64,000 bases of DNA from Dudresnaya verticillata (Eukaryota). The notes under the pieces are model-generated. The model was given only the letters and a program-made list of their open reading frames with translations, did not search any database and was not told where the DNA came from. This document shows positions 20,396 to 32,043 of the stretch, piece after piece (position 1 is the stretch's first letter; each line of letters begins with the position of its first letter). The position numbers and the translations under genes are program-made. The stretch lies in contig OZ374557.1 in assembly GCA_977862235.1 (NCBI GenBank), positions 3,844,001-3,908,000 of the forward strand, written 5' to 3'.

Positions 20396-22189
20396 CTGTT
20401 GCAGACGCAGCGCGGGAGGGGAGGCGGTTTGCTACAGTATGCTGCGCTCGCCCCCCGCTTGCGCACGTGCTGCGCCCCCGCCACCCGCCGCTTGCTTCCG
20501 TTGCAGGCTGACGCCCGACGCCCGACGCCCACGTCCGACCATGCGCGACGAGGACGCCCGTCCTCGCATCACGCGTCCGCTCGGTCGGGGCCGGGCTCGG
20601 CCGCGCGTGCGCAGTCTGTACAGTGTAACATTATCTATAGCTATGCGTCTCGTACACGCCGCGCCGCGCGCGACATGTTACACTATGCCGCCGTCGCCAT
20701 AGGCGGTGGCGGTGGCGGTGGCGGCGCCGGTGGCGGTGGCGGCGGGATTGGGCGGCGGCGGCGGCGGCGGCCGCCGCGGCAACGTCACGCCACCAGTACG
20801 TACTTACACGCACGCGCTACCGCGCCACGCCGACACCCCGCCGACGCCGCGTCTCGCGGGTCTCGCGCCATCCGCAGCGGGAGAAGACGCATCGCGGCCT
20901 GCCGTGCGCAACACAGCCGGCTGCCGCGCCGCGCCGCGCCGCGCCCCCGCTCGCGCGCATCCACGGCGGAGGAGGGGAGTGAGGGAGAGAGAGAGAGAGA
21001 GAGAGAGTGCGGGCCCGAGACAAATAGCAAATAGCGTTAGAGAGACGGAGGCAGACACCAGGTGCGAGCGCCAACGTGCGGTCCGCGCTACCGCCGCAGA
21101 ACCCCGCGGCGGGGCTCCGCTGTTGCCCGCGATCTTGATGACCTGCTGTGTCTAACAATAGTGCTTGCTATTGCTCCCGCTCCCGCCTTGCGACCGGTCG
21201 GCGCGTCGCGAGCGCTTGCCGTCGCGACTGGCGCCGCGCCTTGTGCCCTGGGCTGCGTGCCGGTCACTTTTGCGGCGCGAGCGCAACGGAAGAGCCAGAG
21301 CGCGCCTTGTATACCCCGTGCGCCGCGCGGCGCGCGTGCCGGCGTTACGTGCGCCGCCCCGCAATGAATATAAGTCATGTCCGTACCCACACCACAGCTC
21401 AACTCGAGGACAGCGATGCTTGCGTTGCGGCATGCCACGGCACACTCGTGAAAAACACATCGCAAACACCCACTGTCCAACACAAACACATACCCTCCCG
21501 CGTCGGTGCAGCACCGCCACTTCCTCGCTCGCGCTCTCTCTCAATACTCATTCTTCGCCGCAGCTTGCCTCCAGAAACGTCCCTGTGCGTCCGCACGTTG
21601 TCGGCACGCGCGCGCCGACACCGGTAAGGCGCGGCGCGGCGCGTGGCACGCGGCCTCGGACTTGACACACACAACACTCAACACGGGCCATTCCACGGAG
21701 CGCAGAGAGAGAGAGAGAGAGAGAGAGAGCGCGAGAGCTCGCGCGTCGAAAATTGACGGCTTCGCGCGCCGCGCGCGTGTGCACAGCGTGCGCGCGTGTG
21801 CGCCTCCCGCCAATTTAGCCGCGCCGCGTGTGCGCCGAGCTGCTGCCGCCCCTCCCTGCGCGCCACCATTCGCTTTGTTCAGCGCTGTCCGTCGTGCCGC
21901 TCTCTCCTGACGTCGCTCGCTCGCTTGCCCCCCTCCCGCCACCCCTGTGCCGGCCGCTGCAACACACGCCTCTGCTGCTGCCGCCGCTGTCGCTGCCACT
22001 CCAGCGTGCCAAGTCGCGCGCACCTCCGCCTACGCGCGCCCGCATTCGCCGCGCACACCCACGCGCGAGCGAGTGACCATCCGTCTTGTCCGCGCCGCGC
22101 GGAACGAGGGGACGGGCCCGACCAAGACAGGGAGAGTGAGAGAGTGAGAGGGAGAGAACGAACGAACGAACCAACGAACGAGTGAGTGA

Positions 22190-22220
<31 letters not shown>

Positions 22221-22500
22221 CCTGAGCGAGAGCGCGCGCCGAGTCGCCACAGCGCGGTCGCCGTTGTGTTCCGTTGCGAGCCGGTTCGGCCCGGTCCGCA
22301 CCGCGCCGCGCCGCGTCGCGCTTTGCGCCGCCGCGTCCGCGCCCGCGTCCGTCCCCTCGCGCACGCGCGCCGTCGCGTCGGTCGTGTTACCGCGCCGTCG
22401 CACTACGCCGCCGCGGCAGCGACGCCCGCCCCATGCCCGCGCGCACGCCCGCCGCTCCCCACCCGCCGGACACACACACACACACATGCGGCCCCCACAC
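19960..22500. repeat. GC-rich low-complexity region with microsatellites upstream of the bHLH gene
   Basis: (CTGCG)n near 20062, (GCAC)n near 20171, (GA)n near 20360, 20985, 21705 and 22195, (GGC)n near 20700, (CA)n near 22470. Confidence 0.85.
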
Positions 22501-22559
22501 CGCACCCGGCCCCACACACGCTTCTTCAACTCCCCGCTCCGCTCCCCCCCGCCCGCTAT

Positions 22560-23996
22560 ATGGACAAGGACCGGCCCCCGTCCCTGCCGCGCTTCGCCGC
22601 CCTGCGCGCCCCCGCCGAACACCCGCCCACCTCCGCATCCGCCTCCAACAACCCGGCCACCGCCGCTGCAGCCGCTGCCGCAGTCGCCACAGGAGCAGCC
22701 GTAGGCCCAGGCCCCACAGCCCAACCCGCAGCAGACTCGGCTCCGCTGCCTATACACCCCCCGCCTGCACTACATCCCCACCAATCCACCCGCCCCGACC
22801 TCTACTACACGCCGCCGCCTCCTCCGCCGCCGTCCGCGTCCGCCCCGTCAACCGTACCCGGCGTACCTACAGCTGCCCCACCGGGCCAGTTTGCCGTACC
22901 CACCACGTCACGCCGCGTCGCCTCGCCCACACTCCAGGCATACTCCAAACCGTTCGGATTGGGCTCTGGTGCCTCTGCCACCGGCGGTGTCGGCACCGGC
23001 GGCGGTGTTAACACAAGTGGCGCGACGACCACTGGAACATCGTCTTCGTTTGACCAGCGAGAACGACCAGGAACCGATGGTGGTGGTGGTAGCGGAAGCG
23101 GAAGCGGAGGCGGTGGTGGAGGCGGTGGCGGCGGGGGATACAGTGGGGGCTACAGCCGTGCGACAGCCAATACGACGAGTGGGGCGGGGTCGGCAGCGGT
23201 GGCCGACGGGGGCGTGGCCAAGCCCAAGAAGCTGCACCGAGAGGTGGAGCAGAAGCGGCGCATGCGGATGGCGGAGCAGATTTTGGAGCTGCGCAAGTGG
23301 GTGTCCAACCCCAACGGCGGCAAGACTGACAAGGTATCGGTGCTGCAGGACGCCGTGACATACGTCAAGGACGCTGCGGCCAAGATCGAACAGCTGCAGG
23401 ACGCGCTCGAGCGGTCCCGCGGCGAGTGCGCGCACCTCCGCGTGCTTCTCGACAAACACGGAGCCGGCGTCGGGGTTGGTGTCGGCGTCGGCGTCAGCCC
23501 CGGGGCGGGCGTCGCGCGGGGCCCCACCCTCCCACCGCATACGCTCGCCATGGCGGCGCGCTTCGCGGGGCGCGGGGCGGCTGGAGCCGTCGCGGGCGTG
23601 GCGCACGCGCCCCCCACTGCGACGCTCGCCGGCGGGTTTGTCGCGCGACAAGGCGACTATGGGCCGTTTGCGGGGCACGCCATGATGCAGACTGGACCTC
23701 CGCCTCCCCCGCAGCAGCAGCACCAGCAGCACCCACAACCAGCTCCGCCACCTCCGCAACCGCAGCCGCAGCAGGTGCTGCGACACGGGTACTACGTCGG
23801 CGGGCGCGCCGTGGCGGCTGCGGACGCCGGGCGGGTCGAGCTTGGGCGGCACGGCGGCCGGGCGGGCGCCGGCGTGCCCACGCCGCACGAGACGTACGCG
23901 GCGGCGGCGGCGGCGGCGGCGCAGGCGCTGCCGCGACTGCGCGGCGAAGACGAGCGCAAGGACGGCGTCGAACGGCAGGGGCAACGACGACGGTAG
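22560..23996 (+). CDS. bHLH(-zipper) transcription factor
   Basis: KLHREVEQKRRMRMAEQILELRKWV..KTDKVSVLQDAVTYVK followed by a heptad Leu/Ile helix. The basic region has H-E-R spacing. Pro/Gly/Gln-rich flanks. First ATG at 22560. Confidence 0.9.
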   Translation: MDKDRPPSLPRFAALRAPAEHPPTSASASNNPATAAAAAAAVATGAAVGPGPTAQPAADSAPLPIHPPPALHPHQSTRPDLYYTPPPPPPPSASAPSTVPGVPTAAPPGQFAVPTTSRRVASPTLQAYSKPFGLGSGASATGGVGTGGGVNTSGATTTGTSSSFDQRERPGTDGGGGSGSGSGGGGGGGGGGGYSGGYSRATANTTSGAGSAAVADGGVAKPKKLHREVEQKRRMRMAEQILELRKWVSNPNGGKTDKVSVLQDAVTYVKDAAAKIEQLQDALERSRGECAHLRVLLDKHGAGVGVGVGVGVSPGAGVARGPTLPPHTLAMAARFAGRGAAGAVAGVAHAPPTATLAGGFVARQGDYGPFAGHAMMQTGPPPPPQQQHQQHPQPAPPPPQPQPQQVLRHGYYVGGRAVAAADAGRVELGRHGGRAGAGVPTPHETYAAAAAAAAQALPRLRGEDERKDGVERQGQRRR

Positions 23997-24084
23997 GTGC
24001 TGTCGCAGGAATTTTGCACGACGCCGGCGGCTGCGCGGGCTGCTGCGCTTCGTTGGATGTAAACGTTTCGATGATGCACACAGA

Positions 24085-24182
24085 AGCGGAGCGGAGCGCG
24101 GAGCAAAGCGCGGAGCAAAGCGCGGAGTAAAGCGCGGAGTAAAGCGCGAGACGAAGCGCGAAACGAAGCGCGAAGCGAAGCG
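24085..24182. repeat. 12-bp minisatellite in the bHLH 3' flank
   Basis: About 7 drifting units, from AAGCGCGGAGCA/GTA to AAGCGCGARACG. Confidence 0.8.
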
Positions 24183-24641
24183 GGTGCGCGCGTGGGGCGC
24201 GACGAGGCGAAAGAGGCGAAGAGGTGTGGTGCGTGGGCGCGTTGTGGGTGTGCTCGCGGGGGCGCTTTCCGCGCGCACTCCGCGCGGCGCGGCGCAAAGC
24301 ACACGCACTCGCGCCCAACCGCGACGCGCCAACAAGGTCTGCCGCGCATTACACCATTACACCTCACTTTTTCGCGTGTCGCCCAAATGTTTCACAAATG
24401 TTTCACAAATGTTTGGCCAACTTTGGTCTCCTTTTCACGCTTTTCGTTCCAGCGCCGGCCCGCGCTCTCTCGCACACTGTGCTGCAGCGCTGGAATCTGA
24501 TCCCGCGCCCCGCGCCCGGCTCAAACCGCCACAATTAATTAATCCGTCAGCCCCACCGCCGCCGCCGCCCCATCCTCTTCAACTGTCGCTGCTACAACAC
24601 CAACGCTTCCGTTCGCCGCAACCCCCAACCCGACCCTACCA

Positions 24642-24712
24642 ACCCGACCCGACCCGACCCGACCCGACCCGACCCGACCCGACCCGACCCGACCCGACCC
24701 GACCCGATCCGA
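24642..24712. repeat. (ACCCG)n pentanucleotide microsatellite upstream of RanBP1
   Basis: About 13 near-perfect copies. Confidence 0.9.
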
Positions 24713-24844
24713 CGCCCGCCCGACTACCACTTCCACAACCCGCATCCGCGCCGCACCGCCCCCGTCGCTCACCACATCTGCGTCTGCACGCACCCTCACC
24801 CCCTCACCCTCGCACGCTCCCGCGTGCACATATACACGCGCGGG

Positions 24845-24875
<31 letters not shown>

Positions 24876-24925
24876 AAACGCTCATACGCAACACTTACAC
24901 CGCCTCTGCTACGGCCGGCGCAACC

Positions 24926-25582
24926 ATGACCGATCCGGTGATCGCCCCGTCCGCGTCCGCGCCGCCGCCGGCGCAGCAGCCGGAAGGTGAGACAGTCCCC
25001 CCGGCCCAGGACGAGGACTGCTCGAAGGAGTACGAGCCGGTTGTGCGTCTGGCGGAGGTCGAGACGAAGACCGGCGAGGAGGATGAGGAGGTCTTGTTCA
25101 AGATCCGCTCCAAGCTCTTCCGCTTCAGCAAGGAGCTCAACGAGTGGAAGGAGCGCGGCACGGGCGACGTCCGTCTGCTCAAGCATCGCTCGTCTGCCAA
25201 GATCCGCCTCCTTATGCGCCGCGAGAAAACGCTTAAGATCTGCCTCAACCACTACGTCAACCCCACCGTCACCCTCAAGGAGAATGTCGGCTCCGACCGC
25301 TCCTGGGTCTGGCACGCCGTCGACTATGCTGACGGCGAGCGCGACGAGGCTCTGCTCGCCATTCGCTTCCGCGACTCGGCGAACGCCAACGCCTTCAAGG
25401 AGGCCTACGACTCGGCCCGCACCCACATGGCCAACCTTGATGAGGACGGCTCGGCCCCGATCACGAAGAACCCTGCTGAGGACGCGAAGCCCGCCGAGGA
25501 CGTCACAGACGCTAAGGACGACGACGCCGCCGCCAAGGAGGACAAGAAGCCGGACGCCGTTGCGGAGAAGCCGTCTGCGTAG
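24926..25582 (+). CDS. RANBP1: Ran-binding protein 1
   Basis: ETKTGEEDEEVLFKIRSKLFRF..EWKERGTGDVRLLKH..IRLLMRREKTLKICLNH..GSDRSWVW. Confidence 0.96.
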   Translation: MTDPVIAPSASAPPPAQQPEGETVPPAQDEDCSKEYEPVVRLAEVETKTGEEDEEVLFKIRSKLFRFSKELNEWKERGTGDVRLLKHRSSAKIRLLMRREKTLKICLNHYVNPTVTLKENVGSDRSWVWHAVDYADGERDEALLAIRFRDSANANAFKEAYDSARTHMANLDEDGSAPITKNPAEDAKPAEDVTDAKDDDAAAKEDKKPDAVAEKPSA

Positions 25583-26648
25583 ATCTGCTCCGGCCGCCCC
25601 GCCCCGCCCTTGTTGAATCTGCCGATCGCCGTGCAGTCCGCCTCGCTAGGCCGACAAGACGCCGCTATTTGTGTTCCAGCGGGCGTCCCCTCCCCTTTGG
25701 TGGCCTTGCTGCGCAGGGCTGTTGTTTCTTCCTCGTTACTACCTGCCTTGTACAGCTTGTGATGAATGTCCTTGAACGCATGTTTGTGGGGACCGTCTGG
25801 CGTGGCGTTTCGGGTTTGTTGGCGGACATTGCGCACGCGCGCAGGTTTGGTGGTAGTTGCGTGCTGCCTGTGGTGTGTTGGTTTTGGCGCGCGGCTGCCT
25901 CGATGGAAGCGATTGCGTGGATTGTGCTGTTGCAGCACGTTGTTTCGCAATGGTCTGCAGCCTTTTGTCGGAAACGCCGGCTAGGCCACTATGGCTCGAG
26001 CTCCGTCGCTTGCCGCTTGGGCGTTTTGACGCGGGCATAGTGTAGTTTGTTAGAGGCTCGGGGACACTTGTGTTAACAACGTAAAGCATTTCGATGCGTT
26101 ATCGACAGGATGGGTACTGGCGGTGCACTGCAAAACGGGTGCGAAGTTCGGGCGGCTTATAACATAGTAGCAAGTGGCTGCCACAGTAGTGGCAGTGCTA
26201 AAACGCAGTGGGTAGAGTGGTGATGATCTACTTTGGAGTTTTGATTGTGTTTTTGAGGCGACAAGGTGGTGGGGCTCTGAGAAATTGTGAGAGCTGCGCG
26301 AATGACTATGGTTGGTGGTGTCCAGGTGGGTGCAAGTGATTAAGACGTTGGCGGTGAGCAAAGCTAGCGTAGACCACCCGGGCGGGAAGGATGCAACTGA
26401 AGCGGGTTTTCCACAGTTGTATGTTTTGCAAAAGCAGGCATCATAGCATGCTGCGCATGCGACGGAGGTGGGACTTTCTACTGCGCGATCTCCTCAATCC
26501 GGGCTGTGACCAGACTGTTTTACGAAAGATGGTGCGCTGATGCTGATATGCTGATGAAGGGACAAACAGCGGGATGCATGCAGGTGCAGGCAGGGCGGAA
26601 GCGAGACGCGCGGATGCAAGACTTGTGTTAGTTGTGAGTGTGTGTGTC

Positions 26649-26679
<31 letters not shown>

Positions 26680-29600
26680 CGTGGAAACAGCGAGCACAGC
26701 AGACGCGGTTGCGACGGGCAATGACGCGCGCGTTCGTAAAAGTAGACTTGCGCCCGTAGCGCACGCCATGCATTGTTGGCGCGCTCGGCCGCCATCTCAC
26801 TGACGACCCGCGGCGACGCACACCGCGTTCACCCGGCGCGCACGCCTTCGCACACGCACGTGCGCAGACGGGCGCGCGTCTGCAGGCTCGGTCGTCTTGG
26901 GTCGGCGCAAAGACTCTCCTTGTCTACCAACGCGCGTGCGGCCGCGGCCGCAGCAGGCCGGGCCGGGCCGGGCCGTGCGCGGCGGCGCGCGCGTTGGCGA
27001 CGCGGGCGGCGCGCTACGACACGCGCGCTGCGCGTGCGACGGCGCGGAGGGGCTGCGCTTGCGGCGGCGCGGGCGGCGAGGCGCGTGCGGCGGCGCTTGG
27101 CGCTGCGCGATCGGCGATCGGCGATCGGCGCGCTGCGGATATTGGGAGCGGCGCGCGTGGGACGGCGGCGCGCGGGGCGCGGCGGGACGGGACAGGCGGC
27201 CGCGGCGGCCGCGGCGCGGCGGGGCGGCGGCGAGGCGGGCGAGACGAGGGCGGCGCGTGAGCGGCGGGCGCGACACGGCGGAACGCGCGCGCGGCGCGGT
27301 GTGTGTGTGTGTGTGTGCTGGCGGCGGGGTGCTGGCGCGGCGCGCGCCACTTGGCGCACAGCGCGCGCGGCAAAAGTGATGCGCGAGCCTTTTCGGCGCC
27401 TGTTTGTCGATGTGCCGTGCCGCGGCGCGCGAAAAGACGCCCGCGGCGCGCGCGCGCGTCACGGAAAGCTGGCGCTCGCTGCGCGCGGCGGCGGCGGCGG
27501 CCACGGCGCCGGCTGAAAATAGCCGGGCCGATCGGGGCGTCTGACAATGCGGCGGCGGACAGCGTCTTTCTCGGCAGACAGGCACACACTGTACACACAC
27601 ACACACACACGCGCACGCACACACTCACACCGCGCACGTCATCCGCGCAAAGGAAGGAAGGAAGGAAGGGAGTTTCCCGCCATTTCGCGGACACCCGCCG
27701 CGGCGACTATGAGGCGTTGTGCGTCTCGCGACGGCGCGTGATGAGCGCGGCGCCGCGCAGCCGCCCTATCAACACCGCGCGGGCGTTTCCGCCGCGGCCA
27801 CGTCGGCGTGACGCCGCGGTTTTCGGCACGCCACGCCAACGGCGGCGCGGGAGGAGTGCGCGGCGCCACCGCGCCTGTCCGTGGCACGCCTTCCACTCAA
27901 GCGGCGCGCGCCTGTTTCTTTGCGGTGAACGGCAACTCGCGCGCTTGTCAGCGCGCGCGTGAGACGGTAGAGACAGCCGCGCCGGCGACGAAGACGCTGG
28001 AAGACTGGTGGACCGGAGCGTAGCGGCTGCAAGTGGCGCAATGGGCGCAGTTTCAGCACGCACGCCGCGAGGGCAGCAGGGAGGGGAACGACGACGCGCG
28101 GGTCCAACGCAAGTCCAAGCATGACACTCGCGCGGCGTCCCCGCGCCCCCCTCCCGCGCAAGCGCTGTGCGCAATGCGCATTGACATGCACGCGCCAAAA
28201 CAGCAGGGCGCGCCGCTGGTCTGGCTGGCTTCGGGCGCCGCATCGCTTCGCGCGACCTTGACCATGATCATCGCTGATGACAATGTCATCCAACCTTGCC
28301 GCGCGCGTGTGAGCGAGAGTGTGCACACCGCCGGGGAGGCACTACTGCAGGCATCTATGATACATACCTGCGGCCGTGCTGCCTCAGGCGGTGTCGCTGC
28401 GTGTCCGCTTGGCGTGGTTGCTTGCATCGCACGAACACACAAGCACCGTCCGTCCGTGCACATACACGCGCGGTGCCATCATTTGACGGCATGCAACTTG
28501 TGCTGCCGTCGTCGTCATTGTCGTCGTCGTCGTCCGCGCTGATTGTTGTCCGCGCGTTGGCCATTGCCGCCAATGGTGAGGCACGCGCGGCGGCGCGCGA
28601 GGCGAGAGCCGTCGTGTGTGTCGGGTGTGCCAGTGCGCGCTACAATGCGCCGCGCTGCTGCCTCTCATCAATAATGCGCATGCCGAAAAGGACAAGATGC
28701 GCAAGGCCACTCGCCAGACAGGTTGGCTTTCACCCCGAAGGAAACACGGCACCGCCGCTGCCTGTCCGCCGCGCGGAAGGCGGCAGGCACAACAACACTC
28801 TCACAAGCAGCCTACGCGCTGCCGTTGCGGGACGCCCGCGCCTGTCTCGTCGCGCTGATGAAGCGAGGCTCTGCGTGTGTGTGTGTGTGCAATAAAGGCT
28901 CGCGGGGCGCATCGGGGCGGCCAGTGCGTCTGTTGCGCGCCGGGTCGTGTATGGGAGTGACGCGCGGACCCGTGCGCCGCGCACGTGCGGGACATCACTT
29001 TTTGTTCGAATTGTTCCAATGGCGCGCCGTCGATTGGCCGCGTGCGCCCACACCTGCCGCGCGGGACCGCCGCGGCTCGCGAGGCCTCGCTGCCGGACCG
29101 TTTGCGAGCGCCCTGGGGCACACACCGCGACCACGACGCTGTGACAGTTGTGAGTGAGCGCGGGGGTCATGTCCGGGGGGAGGGAGGGAGCGTGTCACAG
29201 AGCGCGCCCCGGGCGCGCTCTGCGACACGCTCCCTTGCCGACGGCGCGTGGCCCCGCTGGAGGGCCTCCACGCGCGACGGGAGGCGCCCAATTGCGATGT
29301 TGCCGGCCGAGCGGGACCGAACGGGCTGGCAAAGGCGCGCAAATGGGCTCGGCTGACATTCGAACTCGAAAATACAAGTGTCAGTGTCGAGTGTGTGTGG
29401 AGTGGCGCGCGGTGTCGGGGGCGCAAAAGCCGTGCAAAACCCGCGCTCAAAGGTCGCGTGTGCGCGATGCGAGCGGGTGCGCGCCACCCGGCCCGATCGG
29501 CGCGCGTGCGAGGGCCGCCAGCGTGCGGAGCACGCGCGCGATTGGCGCGTCTTTTGTGCCGCGCCCGTCGCGCCGGCGCACAAACGCGCGCCCGAAAACC

Positions 29601-31212
29601 CTCATTGCTTCCGCTTACACCCGCCCGCGTGGTGCGCCCACAAAGCACACACATCCACATCCGCATCCGCACCCGCATCCGCCGCGCCACCGACGCCCGC
29701 GCCGCCCGCTTTCCACATCGCGCTGCTGCGCGCATCGCGGCCCCGCCGCGCACCTTCCGCTCCTGCAACGCCGCGCGCGCCCCGCCGCGCGGCCCCCGCG
29801 GCCCGCCCCGCCCCGCGCCCGGTTCGCGCCGGGCCAGCCCGATGCCGGTCGCGTGGCCCGCCGCCCGCGCGCCCGCCGCGCGCAAGCGAGGCGCGCGCGC
29901 GCCGTGCGCGCGGCCGGTGGAACGGCGCCGCCTGTTGGCACGCGGCGTCAAACGCGGCCGCCGCGCGCGGCCCGCGGGCGACGCCGCGCCGCGCCGCGCC
30001 GCGTCGCGCGTCACGCCGCAGCACGGCACGCCACCTTCCACGCGCCTAAAGCCCGCCGTCACTCGCGCTCGCACAAACGCGCGCGCCGCGCCGTGCCACG
30101 TTCGCGCCGCGCGCACGCCCGCCGCGTTGGGCAGTGCCTGCGCCGAACCGCCGACAGACGCCGCCGGTGGCGCAGTACGCCGCTTTGCGGAGACGGCGCC
30201 GCGGCGTGGGAGGCCGTCGAAATTTTATGCGCGCGCGCTGCACTCGGCCGCCGCCGCCGCCGCCGCCGCCGCCGGTCGCACGTCTCCCGACGCGCCGGGA
30301 GGGAGCGTATTTGCCTATTTTGGCCAAATTTTCGCGCCGCTCGGGCGGCCGCGCCGCCGCCCGCCCCCCGCGCACATTTGCGCGCCCGCCGCGAAATTGC
30401 ACCACCGCCCCGTTTCCACCGCGCCCCCCCCCCTCCCGCCCGCCCCGCACATAAAGCCCCTGCGTAACGCAACCGTTGCCGCGCCCCTCCCCCTCGCCTC
30501 GACCGCAGTTCAAAACCCCCCGCCACCGGCACGCCCCTCTTCCCGCCCAACCCACCCACGTCCCTTTCTTCCCTTCCCGCCCGCCCCCCTTTCCCCCTTC
30601 CCCCCCCCCCCCCCCCCCCCCCCCCCCACCCACCACCCCTCCCCCCCCCCACCCGTTTTTTTTTTTTTGCCGCGCACAACACACACAACCACCCCCTTCC
30701 CCCCTCCCCCCTCCCCCCTCCCCCGCCACCCGACACTGTTCGCAGTCCCCCATCCCCGTCCTCCATCCCGCCTGCTCAACACTCTGCCCGCCATCCGATA
30801 TCCTGCCCGCACTCTGCCCGACACCGAAAAAGCAACCAAACCCTTGTCTTACTTCTCACCGCCCGACCGCCGCCGCAACTCACAACAAACACCGCACACC
30901 ACCGCCCTGCCCCGCCATCCCCGCGCGCCTAACTCTCTCCCTCCCTCTCCCAGAGTCCGCAAAACCGCTGTCTCCGCAACTCTGTGTCTCGCTTGACAAG
31001 TCGCGTCGCAGCCCGCCGCCCGCAGCCGCTGTCGCCGCCATTGTGCGTGTGCACTCACTGTCTCGCAAACCATCCGCCCAACCTGCCACGCTCCTTGCAT
31101 TAGACCCGACCGCCGCCGCCACCTGCTTCTGTTAAACCTCGCACCCTTTTGCGTCGTCGAAGCAACACAGCGCTGCGCCCCGCTCCAGACTTGTCTACCT
31201 CTCTACCAAGTC

Positions 31213-32043
31213 ATGTGCCTAGAGCAGTCAAAGCCCGTCTCTGCCACCGTCGCGAAGGAGCTGGTCTCGGAAGCCATTGCGTCCAAGGCACCCATAGAGG
31301 ATGACTTCTCGTCGGTCACCTCGTCAGAGTCTGTCTCGGAACCCCCGTCGGAGCCTGCACCAGAGCCCACGTCGGAACCCATGTCGGACGTCGAGCGCCC
31401 CGCAGAGCACACCTCCAATTCGTCAGAAGGCGTTGCGAAGACCACGGCCATTCTGGACTGGGATGACACAATATGCCCGAGCACGTACCTCGCTTCATTA
31501 GGACTCCGCGTGGACGACCACGGCTCATTACCCATGTCGCTGCAGAAGCAGCTGGAACAACTGGAGGCCGCCGTCATTAACATTGTCGGCGAGGCCTTGC
31601 GTTTCGGCAAGGTGGTCGTCATCACCAATGCCGAAGCAGGGTGGGTGGAACTTTCGGGGAAGCGCTTCCTACCGCGCGTCGTCGGCTTTCTAGCCAAGCA
31701 CGATATCAAGATTGTGAGCGCGAGGACGTCGTTCGAGTCGGACTTTCCCGACGCACCCTCGTCGTGGAAGATGGCCGCATTTTCGCAAGAGGTCGCCCAC
31801 ATGTTTCCGAATGAGGACGAACTAAACGTGCTTGTACTCGGCGACTCGATGTCGGAGCGCGACGCTGCCCATGCTCTTTCTACTAGGTTACCCAACTCGC
31901 GTGTCAAGACTGTCAAGTTTGTTGAGAGACCCTCGATTGACCAACTGATGCGTCAAGTGCAGCTTGTTGCGCAGTCTCTACCTGATCTCGCCACGTATGC
32001 ATCAAGCTTCGATGTCGACCTTGTCGTGTCGGCAAGTGGCTAA
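31213..32043 (+). CDS. Uncharacterised HAD-superfamily hydrolase-like protein
   Basis: Motif I LDWDDT, motif II VITNA, motif III WK, motif IV LGDSMSER. Confidence 0.8.
   Translation: MCLEQSKPVSATVAKELVSEAIASKAPIEDDFSSVTSSESVSEPPSEPAPEPTSEPMSDVERPAEHTSNSSEGVAKTTAILDWDDTICPSTYLASLGLRVDDHGSLPMSLQKQLEQLEAAVINIVGEALRFGKVVVITNAEAGWVELSGKRFLPRVVGFLAKHDIKIVSARTSFESDFPDAPSSWKMAAFSQEVAHMFPNEDELNVLVLGDSMSERDAAHALSTRLPNSRVKTVKFVERPSIDQLMRQVQLVAQSLPDLATYASSFDVDLVVSASG

Noticed and set aside
19490..22500. Long overlapping ORFs (e.g. 19490-21034, 19522-20511)
   Set aside because: Open in several frames and on both strands because the GC-rich microsatellite DNA lacks stops; the products are Arg/Ala/Pro low-complexity with no domain.
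22182..22559. N-terminal extensions from the ORF track (also RanBP1, UROD, Ulp1, GH16, AH-C)
   Set aside because: They mostly begin at non-ATG codons and run through leader repeats; downstream ATGs give sensible N-termini.
6011..23996. Physical linkage of the LTR E-box array and the bHLH gene as a functional unit
   Set aside because: They are 16 kb apart with a later MULE insertion between them; any relationship would be in trans, so proximity is not evidence.
24085..24182. Regularly spaced repeats as a CRISPR array
   Set aside because: 12-bp head-to-tail units without spacers, no cas genes, eukaryotic context.
26700..31000. ORFs of up to 582 aa (29248-30996, 29154-30467, 28995-30116)
   Set aside because: Same stop-depletion artefact; they run through homopolymers and repeats.
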